In this document: positions 38,201 through 50,752 of the stretch, one piece after another
How the letters are laid out: each line of letters opens with the position of its first letter
Numbering within the stretch: position 1 is the stretch's first letter
Source: Mizuhopecten yessoensis
Lineage: Eukaryota
Length of the DNA: 64,000 bases
Direction of reading: 5' to 3'
Assembly: GCF_002113885.1 (NCBI RefSeq)
Contig: NW_018480069.1
Location: forward strand, 34,031-98,030
Program-made: the position numbers and the translations under genes
Notes under the pieces: generated by a model
Told to the model about the DNA's origin: nothing
What the model saw: only the letters and a program-made list of their open reading frames with translations
The model's database searches: none

Positions 38201-41200
38201 GTCAGATCTAGGAAAGTTTATATGTAGATTACCGATGACAAACATGTAGGTAAATGTTATAATAACTGTAAGTTTGTTAAATATATAGTTATTGAAGGTG
38301 ATCATGACACAACACCGTTTATTCCCCTAGTTGGTTAACTACGGGCTCGGCGGACACTACCTAAATCACTATGATTCACTAGATGTAAGTATGCTTTATT
38401 ACCCAAAAATGACTTGTACTGTGTGCTTCCATTAGTTATTAGGGTAACCTGACACACTGTCCTCTGTGGCATCTCCCAAATTACTGAATACCTGGTAAAA
38501 GTCATGTATATTTATGCTTTGTACCATAATACGTAAATCATAAAAAATGAATGTGAATTATTCTTACTCAATTGTTAACATTCTTAAGATCACACTCTTC
38601 GGAACTGAATTAGATTTTTGTATGTTTTATTATTGCCCTATGAAGCTAATTGTTTGCATATGTTTGATACTTATTAATATGATTTATTATTTTGTTTATT
38701 TTTCAGTTAAATAAAATCAAGACTATTAACCGGGATTACGCTTTGGGAGACAGATTTGCGACATGGATGTTTTACGTAAGTAGTAATAACACGAAAATAC
38801 ATGGCAGGATTTTCTTAATATTCCATTCCCTTGTTTTTTAGCCTTGATTAGTTTATGTGAAATAAGTGTATAGGTAACATTATATTATGTCATACTGCTA
38901 CATTATAAACATGTCTCATTCTTAGTTGTTGTTATGATTCTTTTGCATTAAATCTTGTATTTACAAAGGCCGTTACATGTATACCATTGGTTCGTTAACT
39001 GCGTGTTATCCGATCAGTTGAAAAAAAACTTTTTATTTTTGTCTCCAAATAACCCGGAGTTATGTAGTATTCCCGCACCATGTTGAGTCTTCATGTAGTA
39101 ACCCCGTACTATAATGAGGCTGTATGTAGTACCCCATACTATAATGAGGCTGTATGTAGTAACCCCGTACTAGGTTGAGACTGTATGTAGTAGCCCCGTA
39201 CTATGTTGACACTTTATGTAGTAACCCTGTACTATGTTGAGGCTGTATGTAGTAACCCCGTACTATGTTGAGGCTGTATGTAGTAACCCCGTACTATGTT
39301 TAGGCTGTATGTAGTAATCCCGTACTATGTTGAGGCTTTATGTAGTAACCCCGTACTATGTTGAGGCTGTATGCAGTAACCCCGTACTATGTTGAGAATG
39401 TATGTAGTAACCCCGTACTATGTTGAGGCTGTATGTAGTAACCCCGTACTATGTTGAGACTGTATGTAGTAACCCCGTACTATGTTGATGCTGTATGTAG
39501 TAACCCCGTACTATGTTAAGACTGTATGTTATTTCCCTGTACTATGTTGAGACTGTATGTTAATTCCCTGTACTATGTTGAGACTGTATGTAGTAACCCC
39601 GTACTATGTTGAGACTGTATGTAGTAACCCCGTACTATGTTGATTCTTTATGTAGTAACCCCGTACTATGTTGAGAGTGTATGTTATTTCCCTGTACTAT
39701 GTTGAGAGTGTATGTTATTTCCCTGTACTATGTTGAGACTGTATGTTATTTCCCTGTACTATGTTGAGACTGTATGTAGTAACCCCGTACTATGTTGAGA
39801 CTGTATGTAGTAACCCCGTACTATGTTGACATTTCATGTAGTAGCCCCGTATTATGTTGAGACTGTATGTAGTAGCCCCGTACTATGTTGATACTTTAAG
39901 AAGTATCCCTACTTTTTTGAATAACGCCAAGACATGAGGTTTTTTTCCATTCAGAAGGGAAAACAGCTTTTCTGATAGATCAATTAAACAACATAGTGGG
40001 AGGCTATGACATTGTTCTGGCTAGCCTTCATCATACGGTTACTGATCTCATCAGGGCCAACTGCCTTTCTTTTATCTAGAATAGATAAAAGATCAAAAAC
40101 TTCATAAGCAACATAGTGGGAGGCTATGACATTGCTATAATATTATTAACTTCATTTCTTATGCTTGTTATACATATAACAACATAAGTGAGAGAGTTTT
40201 GACATTTTCTATGAAAATTAGGTAAAGTGACATGGAATTCATCAGTACATGACATTGAAGCGAAATAATTAATTAGAACTTGGACGTTTTCTTGGTCACT
40301 GTATGCCACTGTTGAACAGTCATTAACCGAATAATCCAAAGAGGAATATATCTGGCAGGAGAAGAGAAAAAACTGTTTAAAATTTTCTAAAATTCGCGTG
40401 GATTTTTATTTTTAGATTTGGTGATTAGGGCTTTCTTTTTCATATTATTAACTTCATTTCTTATGCTCTTATATTTTGACCAATCATCCGGGCGCTTTGA
40501 ACTTAATGCTTTGTACTTCATTATGTCACGTATACGTCAGTGTTTCCGTAAGACAGTAACAAACCAAGGTTTATCTGAAGGGCGAAAACATATTTTAGAA
40601 TTTGGGATACATGTACTAGCTAGTACTAATTATTTTGCTGTAAGGTTTTCTACTGCACAGTCAGTAGAAGGTGCATTACAAATCAGGTCTTGCCAGTTTA
40701 CTGCCATTATCAAATCATTATTTTTTTAAACTGTCTGCTCTATTGCAGTTCCAAATAAGTCTTTCATAAGATGTCTTGCAACAATGAGAAAAAGATAAAT
40801 TCATAACAGTAGCTTTGTGATCGCTAATTGTATCTACATAAGCAATTCCGCTATTCACACACTTTATGTTGGTAGTAATAAATATAGGATCAAGAAGTGT
40901 AGCTGTATCGGCAGTTACACGAGTTGCCTCTGTAATAGTGTTATAAAGCTTTAGTTAGATGTTAAGACCTCTAATTTGCTATTACAACGTTTCAAATCGA
41001 CATTAAAATCACCAAGAATACCTACATCAGAACAATACTCGCATACAGTTTCAATCGACCATTCAAAATTTTCATAAAATGTATTACTAGAGTTTGGAGG
41101 TCTGTAAAATAATCCTATCATAATTCGTCTGTTGTGACACATCACTTCCGCCCAAATACATTCGATAGAAGCTTGTTCAAACTCACGTTTGCGTATGGCT

Positions 41201-44200
41201 TGGCTCTGATAATATCATAGACGTAAATAATAACCCCTTCCCCATGCGCATTTCTATCTTTACGTATCAATAAAGAGTAACCGGGAATAGTTAGAGGCTC
41301 ATTTTCAACAGAGTCATCTAGGTGTGTCTCTGTGAAGCACAGGATATCAAAGTCACTTATAATAGAAACGAAAATGTATTCCTTATGCTTCTAACGTTTG
41401 ATTGCAATGTACTTAAATGGAAATAACTTACATTGTAAGGGCCGGGGTTTCTTTCAATATCTCCACTAAGAAGAAAAATGATAAGTAGAAACGGAAAGTC
41501 GGTACTGTAGAATCCCGATGCAAGTAGCGCATAATTCACACAAGTAAAGGAGGCATTGAAACATGTCACAATATTGTCTTTCAAGACAGATATGGCAAAT
41601 TGAACAATTAAAGGAAATTTCAGTGTGATTTTGGAGGAAGTGATGAACGAGTGGTTACTACCATGGAACTTCCGATGGATACCCTATATGCTTCCAGAGA
41701 ATTACCCATTTTCGCGTAAACAATACAAAAAGCACATTAAGTGATGGACATCGATCAGAATACAATCGACACCGTGAAAAGTAGGGATAGAGGGTAAGGT
41801 CATGAAAGTAAGATAAAAAGGCAGCAGATATAGAGGAGTCAATGACGAAATCGTGTTAGAAGAGATAGAAGTCGGAGGTAAGAACAAAAAGTGTAGCTTG
41901 TATACATACATATGTAAGGGAACGAAGTCTAAATACATCTCCGACAAAAACAAAGGGTCAAACAGCGGTCCTTGAAAATTATTAAAGTTAAGAAAGAGAA
42001 CAGATATTTCAAGGAGTATGAAGTTGAATGAGAGATACAAATACATATATATGTACACATTGGTGAACTTAATAGAAGTATGAAATGATTTCATATACAA
42101 TTACGAGGTTCAATAATACAATATTCAGACCATGATTTATATTTGACAAACAACATATTTAAAACATTTAACATGCACAGTTACACTTGTCACAGCACAT
42201 TATCATTCGCACTAACGCAATATTTCTTGTGCACTCCCATACACACCATAATGCAAACAAGTCGGGTCGGGTGTACCCATGTCGCTTGGCTGTATAATTG
42301 TATAATACTTTGTAGATGTTCGTATCAGACTATTCCATATATCGTTTACTAAAGACTATAGTCGATGATTGAGTGTTACATTCAATAATTTTACTTATAT
42401 CTAATGCCCGTACCGAAAACACCATTACTAAATTTAAGAAAGTATAGACAGAAAGATATGCCGATAAATGTAGCTAGAATATAGAAACATACTTAAAAAA
42501 TCAAGTGTATATGTTTAACCACGAACCGTATATATTGTTAAGCAATTCCTCAATTTACACCAATCACGATTGTTATCGCACAACGTTAGTCCATCGAGCG
42601 CACAAATGTGCGCAAGCAATGCTCATCAAATTTGTATCGTTCGTACATCGTGCACATCCCGCACATCGTGTAATGTTGTGCACACCCCGCACATCGTGTA
42701 ATGTTGTGCGATCCCACAACTGTATGTTGAGACGTCCGATATATGTTTTTTTGTTTTTTGTTTTTGTTTAGATGAGTGAGGTAGATTTAATATATTTTGT
42801 TTAGATGAGTGATGTAGATTTAATATATTTTGTTTAGATGAGTGATGTAGATTTAATATATTTTGTTTAGATGAGTGATGTAGATTTAATATATTTTGTT
42901 TAGATGAGTGATGTAGAAGCAGGAGGCGCCACGGTGTTCCCAAAGCTCAATCTAAGAATACTTCCAGTGAAAGTGAGTACTAATAAGGAATAATTATATA
43001 ATATAAACTGTCAAAAATATAAATCGTTTTACAAAGGAGAATAGGCTGAGGAATGTGATTTATGATTAATTATGATTATGTTTATGAATTCATATTGAAG
43101 TTCAAGTTAGAAACCATGATAAGGTGTACAAACTATTTTAATCAAAGAAAGTACTTATTACAGTACTGAGATAATGAAAGCCTACGTTGAACAGTGAAAA
43201 CGAATCACTCCATATGGCATTGAGAGAATAAATTTGTATTTAAATCACCACCGTGTTTTAAACCTGTGGTATTGTTTTATAAACCAACCGGTAAAATAGA
43301 TGTTGCGAATAAGATAAAAAAAAACACCAATGAAATCGTTTGAAAATATTGATAAATATGTAATTGTTGCCATATCCTACTTTCTGTTGAATCCCCTTTC
43401 ATATTAGCGAGACGGTGAATTTGTCATTAGTTTCGCATCAATCAAATTGAAACCGAAGAAACTCAAATATTGTCGAGACGATGTACAATGTACACTGTAT
43501 TGGAAATGCGTAAGAGACCAGGACATCAATGAGCGCGAACTAACAACTATGTTATGGATAAACTTCTTTGTTATCAATTAATTAAGTACAAGATACATGT
43601 ACAAGAAAAATAATCTTTTACAGATTTTATAGCTTAAAAACTTGTTAAGCTTAGGTTGTCCTTTATTGAACTTTAATGATGTTTAGTTTTTTGTCGAATT
43701 TTTACTGGTGCAAAAAATGCCGAATGATATAGTTTTTATCACAAAATGATTTCAATAATTTTCATTCTTTTTTATTGCTTCAAAATATTAAATGATTTGA
43801 GATAGGGTATAAAACATCATACTTGAATATTTGTACAATAATGTACCCAATAAAGCGTTGTTTTACAGGTATTGCAAGCATTTTGCAGAGTTGTCATGAA
43901 CGTGCTTTCATAAGAAATGTATGGTAACATTCTTTTACGTGATGAATCTGTTGCTATTTTAGGGATCCGCTGTTTTCTGGTACAACTTACTGCCAAGCGG
44001 TGTCCGTGACGAACGGTCCATGCATGGATCGTGTCCAGTATTACTAGGGTCAAAATGGAGTAAGTGTGAGAACATATCACATATATTTCACCAAACAGCG
44101 AATTTGCTTGTCTTTGTGTAAGATAAAAAAAAAATGTTGGCTTGTCAGTTAGACATGTAGCATCGATTTTGCGTGCTTCCTTTATTTGAGAATATATATA

Positions 44201-44633
44201 ATAACGATATAAAAAGAAAACCATGTACGATTCCTAATTTTACTCATTATAGTATTTCGTTTGTATGATTTGAGGATATGTAAATGTGTGTAAACAGTGG
44301 ATAGATATTGTTTTCCTCAGACTTATTCAAACCATTACTCCTAAATACTCACTTACAGACGTATAACGTGAGGTTGAGGCTAAAGTAGGACATGAATTAA
44401 AGACTTCTACGAGTTGCAATCCTGCGCAACGAGTATAATCAATAAACAGTACGTATATATCGGATTATGCTAGTCTAAGGGTTAAATGTATGAATTACGT
44501 ATAGTAATTGCACTGTGCTGCTTATATTTGTATTTAAATAACCTTTGTTTCAGTAACTACAAAGTGGATACTTGAAATTGGTCAAGAATTCCGGCAACCA
44601 TGCAAAAGAAATCCTTTGGATGAACATTTCTAA
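29223..44633 (+). CDS. P4HA: Prolyl 4-hydroxylase alpha-subunit-like, copy 2 (complete, 13 coding exons, 518 aa)
   Basis: Exons: 29223-29404, 31424-31587, 32652-32956, 33828-33879, 34507-34649, 36143-36298, 36568-36638, 37047-37161, 38331-38384, 38707-38775, 42904-42972, 43963-44059, 44554-44633. Total 1557 nt ending in TAA, with the same intron phases as copy 1. Motifs GHPINAY, YRKLCR, NYGLGGHYLNHYD, GDRFATWMFY, MSDVEAGGATVFP, HGSCPVLLGSKW, GQEFRQPC. Confidence 0.93.
30361..30567. repeat. 47-bp tandem repeat, about 4.4 copies
   Basis: Unit TGTACGTATGTCACTGACTTAGTCATATATTTTGCCACTGATAAGT(C/T). Confidence 0.95.
39060..39895. repeat. 31-bp minisatellite, about 27 copies
   Basis: Unit GTAGTAACCCCGTACTATGTTGAGACTGTAT, with a variant subtype GTTATTTCCCTG. 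Confidence 0.95.
39915..41710 (-). mobile_element. Decayed CR1/L2-group LINE ORF2 (2A peptide, AP-endonuclease, start of RT) in intron 10 of copy 2
   Basis: The minus strand reads MGNSLEAYRVSIG (ATG at 41709), then LLSGDIERNPGP, NVRSIRN, ILCFTETHLD, GLFYRPPNS, ILGDFNVDL, TLLDPIF, KAVGPDEISNRMMK and VFPSEWKK, with many stops and frameshifts. It is truncated at the minisatellite. Confidence 0.9.
42762..42917 (+). repeat. 33-bp tandem repeat spanning the exon-11 splice acceptor of copy 2
   Basis: Unit TTTTGTTTAG|ATGAGTGATGTAGATTTAATATA; the AG dinucleotides end at 42771, 42804, 42837, 42870 and 42903. Confidence 0.95.
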
Positions 44634-44781
44634 ATTTTTATCGCATCGAGCAATCATCATGAATAACTTTCTTTGGATGTACATTTTCTGTGAATACATC
44701 TGCGACATCGAATCAGCTGCTTCGTCAGAGGTTTATTTCTCTTGTTTCAGGTGTAAAAGTATGAGTCCGTCATACTAACTC

Positions 44782-44787
44782 AATAAA
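44782..44787 (+). terminator. Candidate polyadenylation signal of copy 2
   Basis: AATAAA about 150 nt after the stop codon, followed by T/GT-rich sequence. Confidence 0.3.
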
Positions 44788-45496
44788 CAAAGTACGCGTC
44801 AATGTGCGTCATGTAATGTGTAAATCAAATGCACTGGCATATTGTTTTGTTTATTTGGCTTTATTTTTGGTAGGTTCAAAAAATAATTGATCGTCTGAGT
44901 TTGGGAAAAATATAAAGCGTCGTCCTCGAATAGGAAGTATGTGTTAACATGGGTTATAAAAGCTTCGTCTCTTTCACAAAGATTATTCAACATTAAACTT
45001 TTTGATTGATATCACAATATTTTGGAATGTTGATGAGTGAAGAGTTGTTAAATTAAAAATTAATAAAAACTCATAATGATTGGCAACACAGACAATATAT
45101 GACCCGAAATTTCATAAAAAAATATTAGCAATACAAAAAATTAGTTGACAACAAAACAAAAGGAAAAGCACCATGATAGCCCACAAAAAAAGACGTAAGG
45201 AAAAACCAGGGAAAGACATCAATGATGATGGCTAACCAACGGCAGTACGATTTTAATTTACATCTTTTGTTTCCATAGAAGACGTAGATATCGAATTTAG
45301 ATGTCGGAATCCAAAACGCAGTATCACAGCTGGTTCATATTCTCTTTTATAAATGTATGACGTCATATGTAATTGTTTAACTGACGCGTATTTAATTGTA
45401 AAAATACTAACCGAACTCCTGTTTTGTTTAAACCACTCGTAAACAATACAAAATGATTATCCGGATATCAGTAATATGTCTCATGATCCGAGCAAT

Positions 45497-45945
45497 TCAA
45501 AGTTGGGTAATAGTGTGTAGCGATTCAAAGTTGGGAAATAGTTTGTAGCAATACAAAGTTGGGTAATAGTGTGTAGCAATACAAAGTTGGGTAATAGTGT
45601 GTAGCAATACGAAGTTGGGTAATAGTTTGTAGCAATACAAAGTTGGGTAATAGTGTGTAGCGATTCAAAGTTGGGTAATATTGTGTAGCAATACAAAGTT
45701 GGGTAATATTGTGTAGCAATACAAAGTTGGGTTTTAGTGTGTAGCAATACAAAGTTGGGTAATAGTGTGTAGCAATACAAAGTTGGGTAATAGTGTGTAG
45801 CAATATAAAGTTGGGTAATAGTGTGTAGCAATACAAAGCTGGGTAATATTGTGTAGCAATACAAGGTTGGGTAATAGTGTATAGCAATACAAAGTTGGGT
45901 AATAGTGGGTAATAATACAAAGCTGGGGAATAGTTTGTAGCAACA
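45497..45945. repeat. 28-bp minisatellite, about 16 copies
   Basis: Unit CAAAGTTGGGTAATAGTGTGTAGCAATA. Confidence 0.95.
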
Positions 45946-46120
45946 ATCAAATTGCCATCGCAGCGAGCAGAGTTCTCGAAGCGAAGCGATAAAGAAAATC
46001 CGTTACAGTAACGATATGCTATATCGATTATATTAATATGTGTCTTATGATTGACGAATGTTTCACTTTTTCATTAAACTTTATTGATATAATATTAGAT
46101 AAAATTAAGTCAGTTAAATG

Positions 46121-46268
46121 TTAGGAATAACCAGAATAATTTTTGGGGTTAAACGGTTTATACCGTAAAAAGTACTTTACATAAACCTGCGAAGCAGTTT
46201 CAATACAAAAGTAAAGTTTTGTACGTTATATACCGTATAACCCCAAAGCTAATCAAGATTATCCCTTA
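46121..46268. repeat. Imperfect long hairpin element with a GCGAAGC apex
   Basis: GGGGTTAAACGGTTTATACCGTAAAAA pairs imperfectly with TTTGTACGTTATATACCGTATAACCCC; the centre is CTGCGAAGCAG. Confidence 0.7.
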
Positions 46269-47008
46269 TAACTGAATGTAAAGGGATAGAAAACACTTTT
46301 TAGTTCATCATCGAGTAATTTCAACCAATCAGAAGTAGGAATTACAAATACCGCGCCAAACACTGCGGTATACGATGTCATCGCTTTTTGTGTGTTTTAT
46401 TTGTAATATTATATTTGTATTTTAAGTTTTTTCTTTAAATTAGATAAAGGGATTATTTTCGAACTTACCCGAACATCGTATCATTTGGGTTGGAACTAAA
46501 CCACACTCAAGACATAGATATAATGAATATCAAATACACATCATTTTATAATGAAGGTGAAGGTAAATGCTGAACTTTTCATGGTCTATTCAGACAAAAC
46601 AATTAGCAAATGGATTCTGGTAACAGTTTTATAACAACACAGTAAGTTTGTTCTGGTAACTGTTTCATAATAGTTATTTTATAACCTTTTCATACCACTA
46701 TATTGATAATTGTTTAACTGGCAACAATGTGCTATTGACGGCATTTGATCTCTCTTAAACGAGTGTGCGTCTAAGTGAGGAACTGTTGAGGTTAGTGATT
46801 TACCAGTACCCAATAATTGCTAAACCGCTGCTTCATTCAGAGTGCGACGCTGCTACTATAGTGTCCATGTGTTTTGTTGAGTGTTGCTGGTCAGATTAAA
46901 GGTTACAACACACGTTGGTATCACCTCAACAGTGTATATTAACCGTTTATCAACCTATCGATGCACCTTGATAGTTATTGCAGTATATTGCTGTCCTCTT
47001 GGTTCGTT

Positions 47009-47138
47009 CATATTTTCTTTTGTTGTCTATGTGTTGACGTATTGATTGGTATACTTTGATATTGTACTAACATATTTTCTTTTGTTGTCTATGTGTTGAC
47101 GTATTGATTGGTATACTTTGATATTGTACTAACATATT
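47009..47138. repeat. 62-bp perfect tandem duplication
   Basis: CATATTTTCTTTTGTTGTCTATGTGTTGACG...GTACTAA occurs twice. Confidence 0.9.
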
Positions 47139-48179
47139 TGAAGCATTTTTGAAAGATGTTTGCTACGTATCAGAAAGCTCTTGATAATTTCTATATGTGT
47201 AGTAGGGGTATATTTAAAGCTTAGGATATTTTATTATCACGTTAATTATTAGGTGGAAAATATCATTAATTGTGGCTTTTATCAACAGTGTCAAGCAGTT
47301 ATCTGAACATGTCTTGTGAGCCTTGAATAATCTATAACACTGTTGCCAGCAGTTCTATTGGTTTTTTTTTCCTGTGTCTATGTTTAAAGGGAGAAAGGTC
47401 AATACATTTTATGTGTATGCTTCACTTCCCTAAAATGTGACGAGGTTAACGGACTCGGTGAAAGTGTACGTTTTATGCAACACGTAAGATATATGAACTA
47501 TACTTTATCTTATGAACAATAACATCTAACCACCTGAGATATAGGTAACGTTCCTTTCTCTTCCGGTTTGAGTCGGGGGTATTGTGGGATTTCATGAAAT
47601 TGTTCCGTGTTGATTGATGTCACCTCGGCTTTGTGTCGTGACGCCATGTAACATATTTTATTTATGACTTTAATCAATTCTCATTTTGACATCACAAATC
47701 TGATGGTTACTCGCCTAAGAAGAAATACATGTAAATAATTTAGCTGGTCTTCCTAGCAATGAAGTGGTGTCCCCATTTCTGAAGGGCACATTTACAAATA
47801 TTTCAAGTTCTGCTAAAATTGGACTCAATAAAATTACCAAATGTTAACTGTGTCGTTTGCCTATGAAATTTACCAGATTAACGTTTCATGCGCGTATGAA
47901 TACGCGCTAGTTTTATTAATACTTAAATCTATGAATTCATCAACAAAAATTGAATAGGAAATTTAAGATATTTTTTTTATGTGTGAGATTCTTCATAATT
48001 TGGAAGTATTGATATCATCGTGCTCCAGTATGTTGTATGATGGTCCTTCAATGACGGACTATATTGTTTTACATTACGTCAATAAGTAGACTTGTATAAG
48101 ATCCAGAATCACGGACAAACTAACAGAATGGACCTACACTAGTTCAATATATTGAAAAAAACACATGTTGATTGAAATA

Positions 48180-48331
48180 TAAGGATTGAAACTTGCTTTG
48201 GTCGATATCATTGGTGATGAATTGAGTTGGTCTTGAAACTATAATAAACTTCGAAGAGTTTATTAAATTTGTTTCAAGATCTACTCAATTTATCACCTCT
48301 TGAAATCGACAAAACCAAGATTCAATCCTTA
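48180..48331. repeat. Imperfect long hairpin element with a CGAAG apex
   Basis: TAAGGATTGAA...GTCGAT..TTGAGT..TCTTGAAAC..AATAAACT pairs with AGTTTATT..GTTTCAAGA..ACTCAA..ATCGAC..TTCAATCCTTA. Confidence 0.75.
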
Positions 48332-48913
48332 AATAGACGGTACCAAATTACTTCCAAACATCGTACACATACATAAATAGCAGGAAGTGTCACTCCTCAA
48401 ATTCGTATTTATCTCCCGAAGCACAACATCAATAACCTCTAACCACACTGATACTCCAGGCAGTGCGAATCCTGTACCAGTGGATTTTCGGATGTCTATT
48501 TGTGACAGTTTTTGCTATTGATTCGAATTTCAAGAGCTCACTTTGAATATCGGGATTTCCGTAATGGATGTTGATAGATGACGAACAAACTTTAAAAACA
48601 GAGTTTCTTTGAGAAAAGCTCGTCAACTGAATGAAAATATTCAATAATATAAATTTATGCGATTGAGGGTCGATTCTTTAAAAATTATGTGCATTTCACG
48701 ACGATTTTCATTGTAACTATTCCTTTGTTTATACTCTGTCCTAGTTAATCAATTTTGAGATCGAATAACAGTTTTTATCCAAACTACAGTATTTTATGCT
48801 TTTTTTCCTTTCCGATGATGTGCATGGTACATGTTTTCGTTGTTTCTATTTGCGCTGAATACACTCGACCATGATAGCCGGTAGTAACGGGTAAAGCTAT
48901 GCTTCGTTCTAGC

Positions 48914-49064
48914 ATGTAAGCTGTCCGTGGGAATGGTAAGCTGTCCGTGGGAATGGTAAGCTGTCCGTGGGAATGTTAGTTTTGATCAACTTAATTTCTT
49001 ACACGTTTATAATACAAAAACCTACACATCACGAAATGATACAAAAACCTACACATCACGAAAT
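48914..49064. repeat. Short tandem repeats (20 bp x3, then 27 bp x2)
   Basis: GTAAGCTGTCCGTGGGAATG x3, then ATACAAAAACCTACACATCACGAAATG x2. Confidence 0.9.
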
Positions 49065-50752
49065 GTCTCGAAACAATGCACCGATTCTCATGTCCCAGTC
49101 ACAAGTACTACAGGAAAACGAAAACATTGATTCGCTTCAGACAGCAAATTTAAATTAAGCCCTCTCCGCCATTTTACATTTTAAGACAGACGGTATATAT
49201 TCAACGAACAACTCGGGTAATGTAATTCCGTTCCATAAGCGTGTATTGTACCTATCTTAAAATTTGATCATTGCAATGTAAAACCAGAAAGGTTTTTTTA
49301 ATCATTTCTATCAGTAAGCTTATTATCAATTCTCTTGAACCCTTGAACACAAAGTGTTTAAGGAGGCTCCACCCTTTCGCAATGAGCCAGCAGAATTAAA
49401 TGAAAGTTTCACATAATGGTTATGTCACTATGTAGAGATGATTTTATGAAAATCTAAGCATTTCGATAAACTGGGGATTTTTTTAAATACCGAAAAATTG
49501 AGTTTTTGTCAAATTCAACACTTTCACATTTTTTGAGCGTGAGGCATTGTTCATAACTATAACAAAAATAAAATATATGAAAAGAAACATTGCTTATCAA
49601 CCCTACAAATATTGTATTTATCATAAAATATCTACAACATGTTACAAACAGCGTTTTTTATTGAAACTGTATGGAAGTTACTATATTCAAGCTTAACGCA
49701 AACAGGACACATTGTTTCAATCAAAAAGAGTGAAAAATTGAACCAAATACACACAAAGTCTTTATAATTAATTTATTTTACATTTTACAATAATTTTGAT
49801 CCTGGTGATAGTTGTCTACCTGGAAAAAAATCGGAACTTTTTGCAGAGGGATAGAATTTATACAATGACACTTATTTTCTTTACTATACCTAAAAACGAC
49901 GGAAATAAATTAAATTACTATATTTAATTGTCATTTTACTGTTCTTTTATGGGACATAATTACTCTCAATCATGACTTTGGACATCATTCCATAGCCCGC
50001 TTACGCATGGTATATTAACATGTCAGGTATAGTATGCCGTTATTACGTGCACGCACATGCCACATGCACTTGCATTTTATAGGGATCTTGATATTTAACA
50101 AACCACTATTTTCAAAGAGTTATTGTAATTGCATTTGTGAACCGATTTATCTGAACGAGCGTAACTCGCTTGACAACAAAAGTCGTAGCGACCAAGAGCT
50201 TGTGAACTACTGTTAGCACGTGATACGTACAGGTGAGGTTGGTAAACAAAACACATCAGTCTGCATCCATGCGCCTCATGTACGACCTTTTTGAAGTTGT
50301 CTGATCGTATGTCAGTGTTTTCCCGTGAGTTAGTAAATGTCTTTGTATCATAAGCTTTATTTCTGAAGTACGTGTGATTATACATTTCCAAGTTACGTCT
50401 CGATATCGGGTGTTGATATATCATCGTCACGCAAATGTACTATTGTTTACCCGGTGTTACTATAATTTACACTACGGTAATGGTTGCCCGATACGCAGTA
50501 CGGAAATGACGACAGGAAAATACGATAAGAAAAACATGTATATTACGAAGGGTGGGAAGTCCTTAATCGTTAATCTGTCAATAAGAGAAATTGCATGATG
50601 GCTCACATTTAGACACGATGGTTAATATCTCTTAGCAAACATGTATAACCAAGCAGGTTTTCGTACGAGAAATTCTGCCAGCGGGCACACTTTTAAGATG
50701 TATCATTGTCAGGTGCTTAACGGAAAACGTCGATACAAATACAGACCTAAAT

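Noticed and set aside
39060-39895. 31-bp repeat array resembling CRISPR repeat length
   Set aside because: Units are head-to-tail with no unique spacers, there are no cas genes, and the context is a eukaryotic intron. The same applies to the 28-, 37- and 47-bp arrays.
45481-45950. Three overlapping repetitive ORFs (70-141 aa) on the minus strand
   Set aside because: They are translations of the 28-bp minisatellite. The period is not a multiple of 3, all frames give the same peptides, and there is no splice or coding signal.
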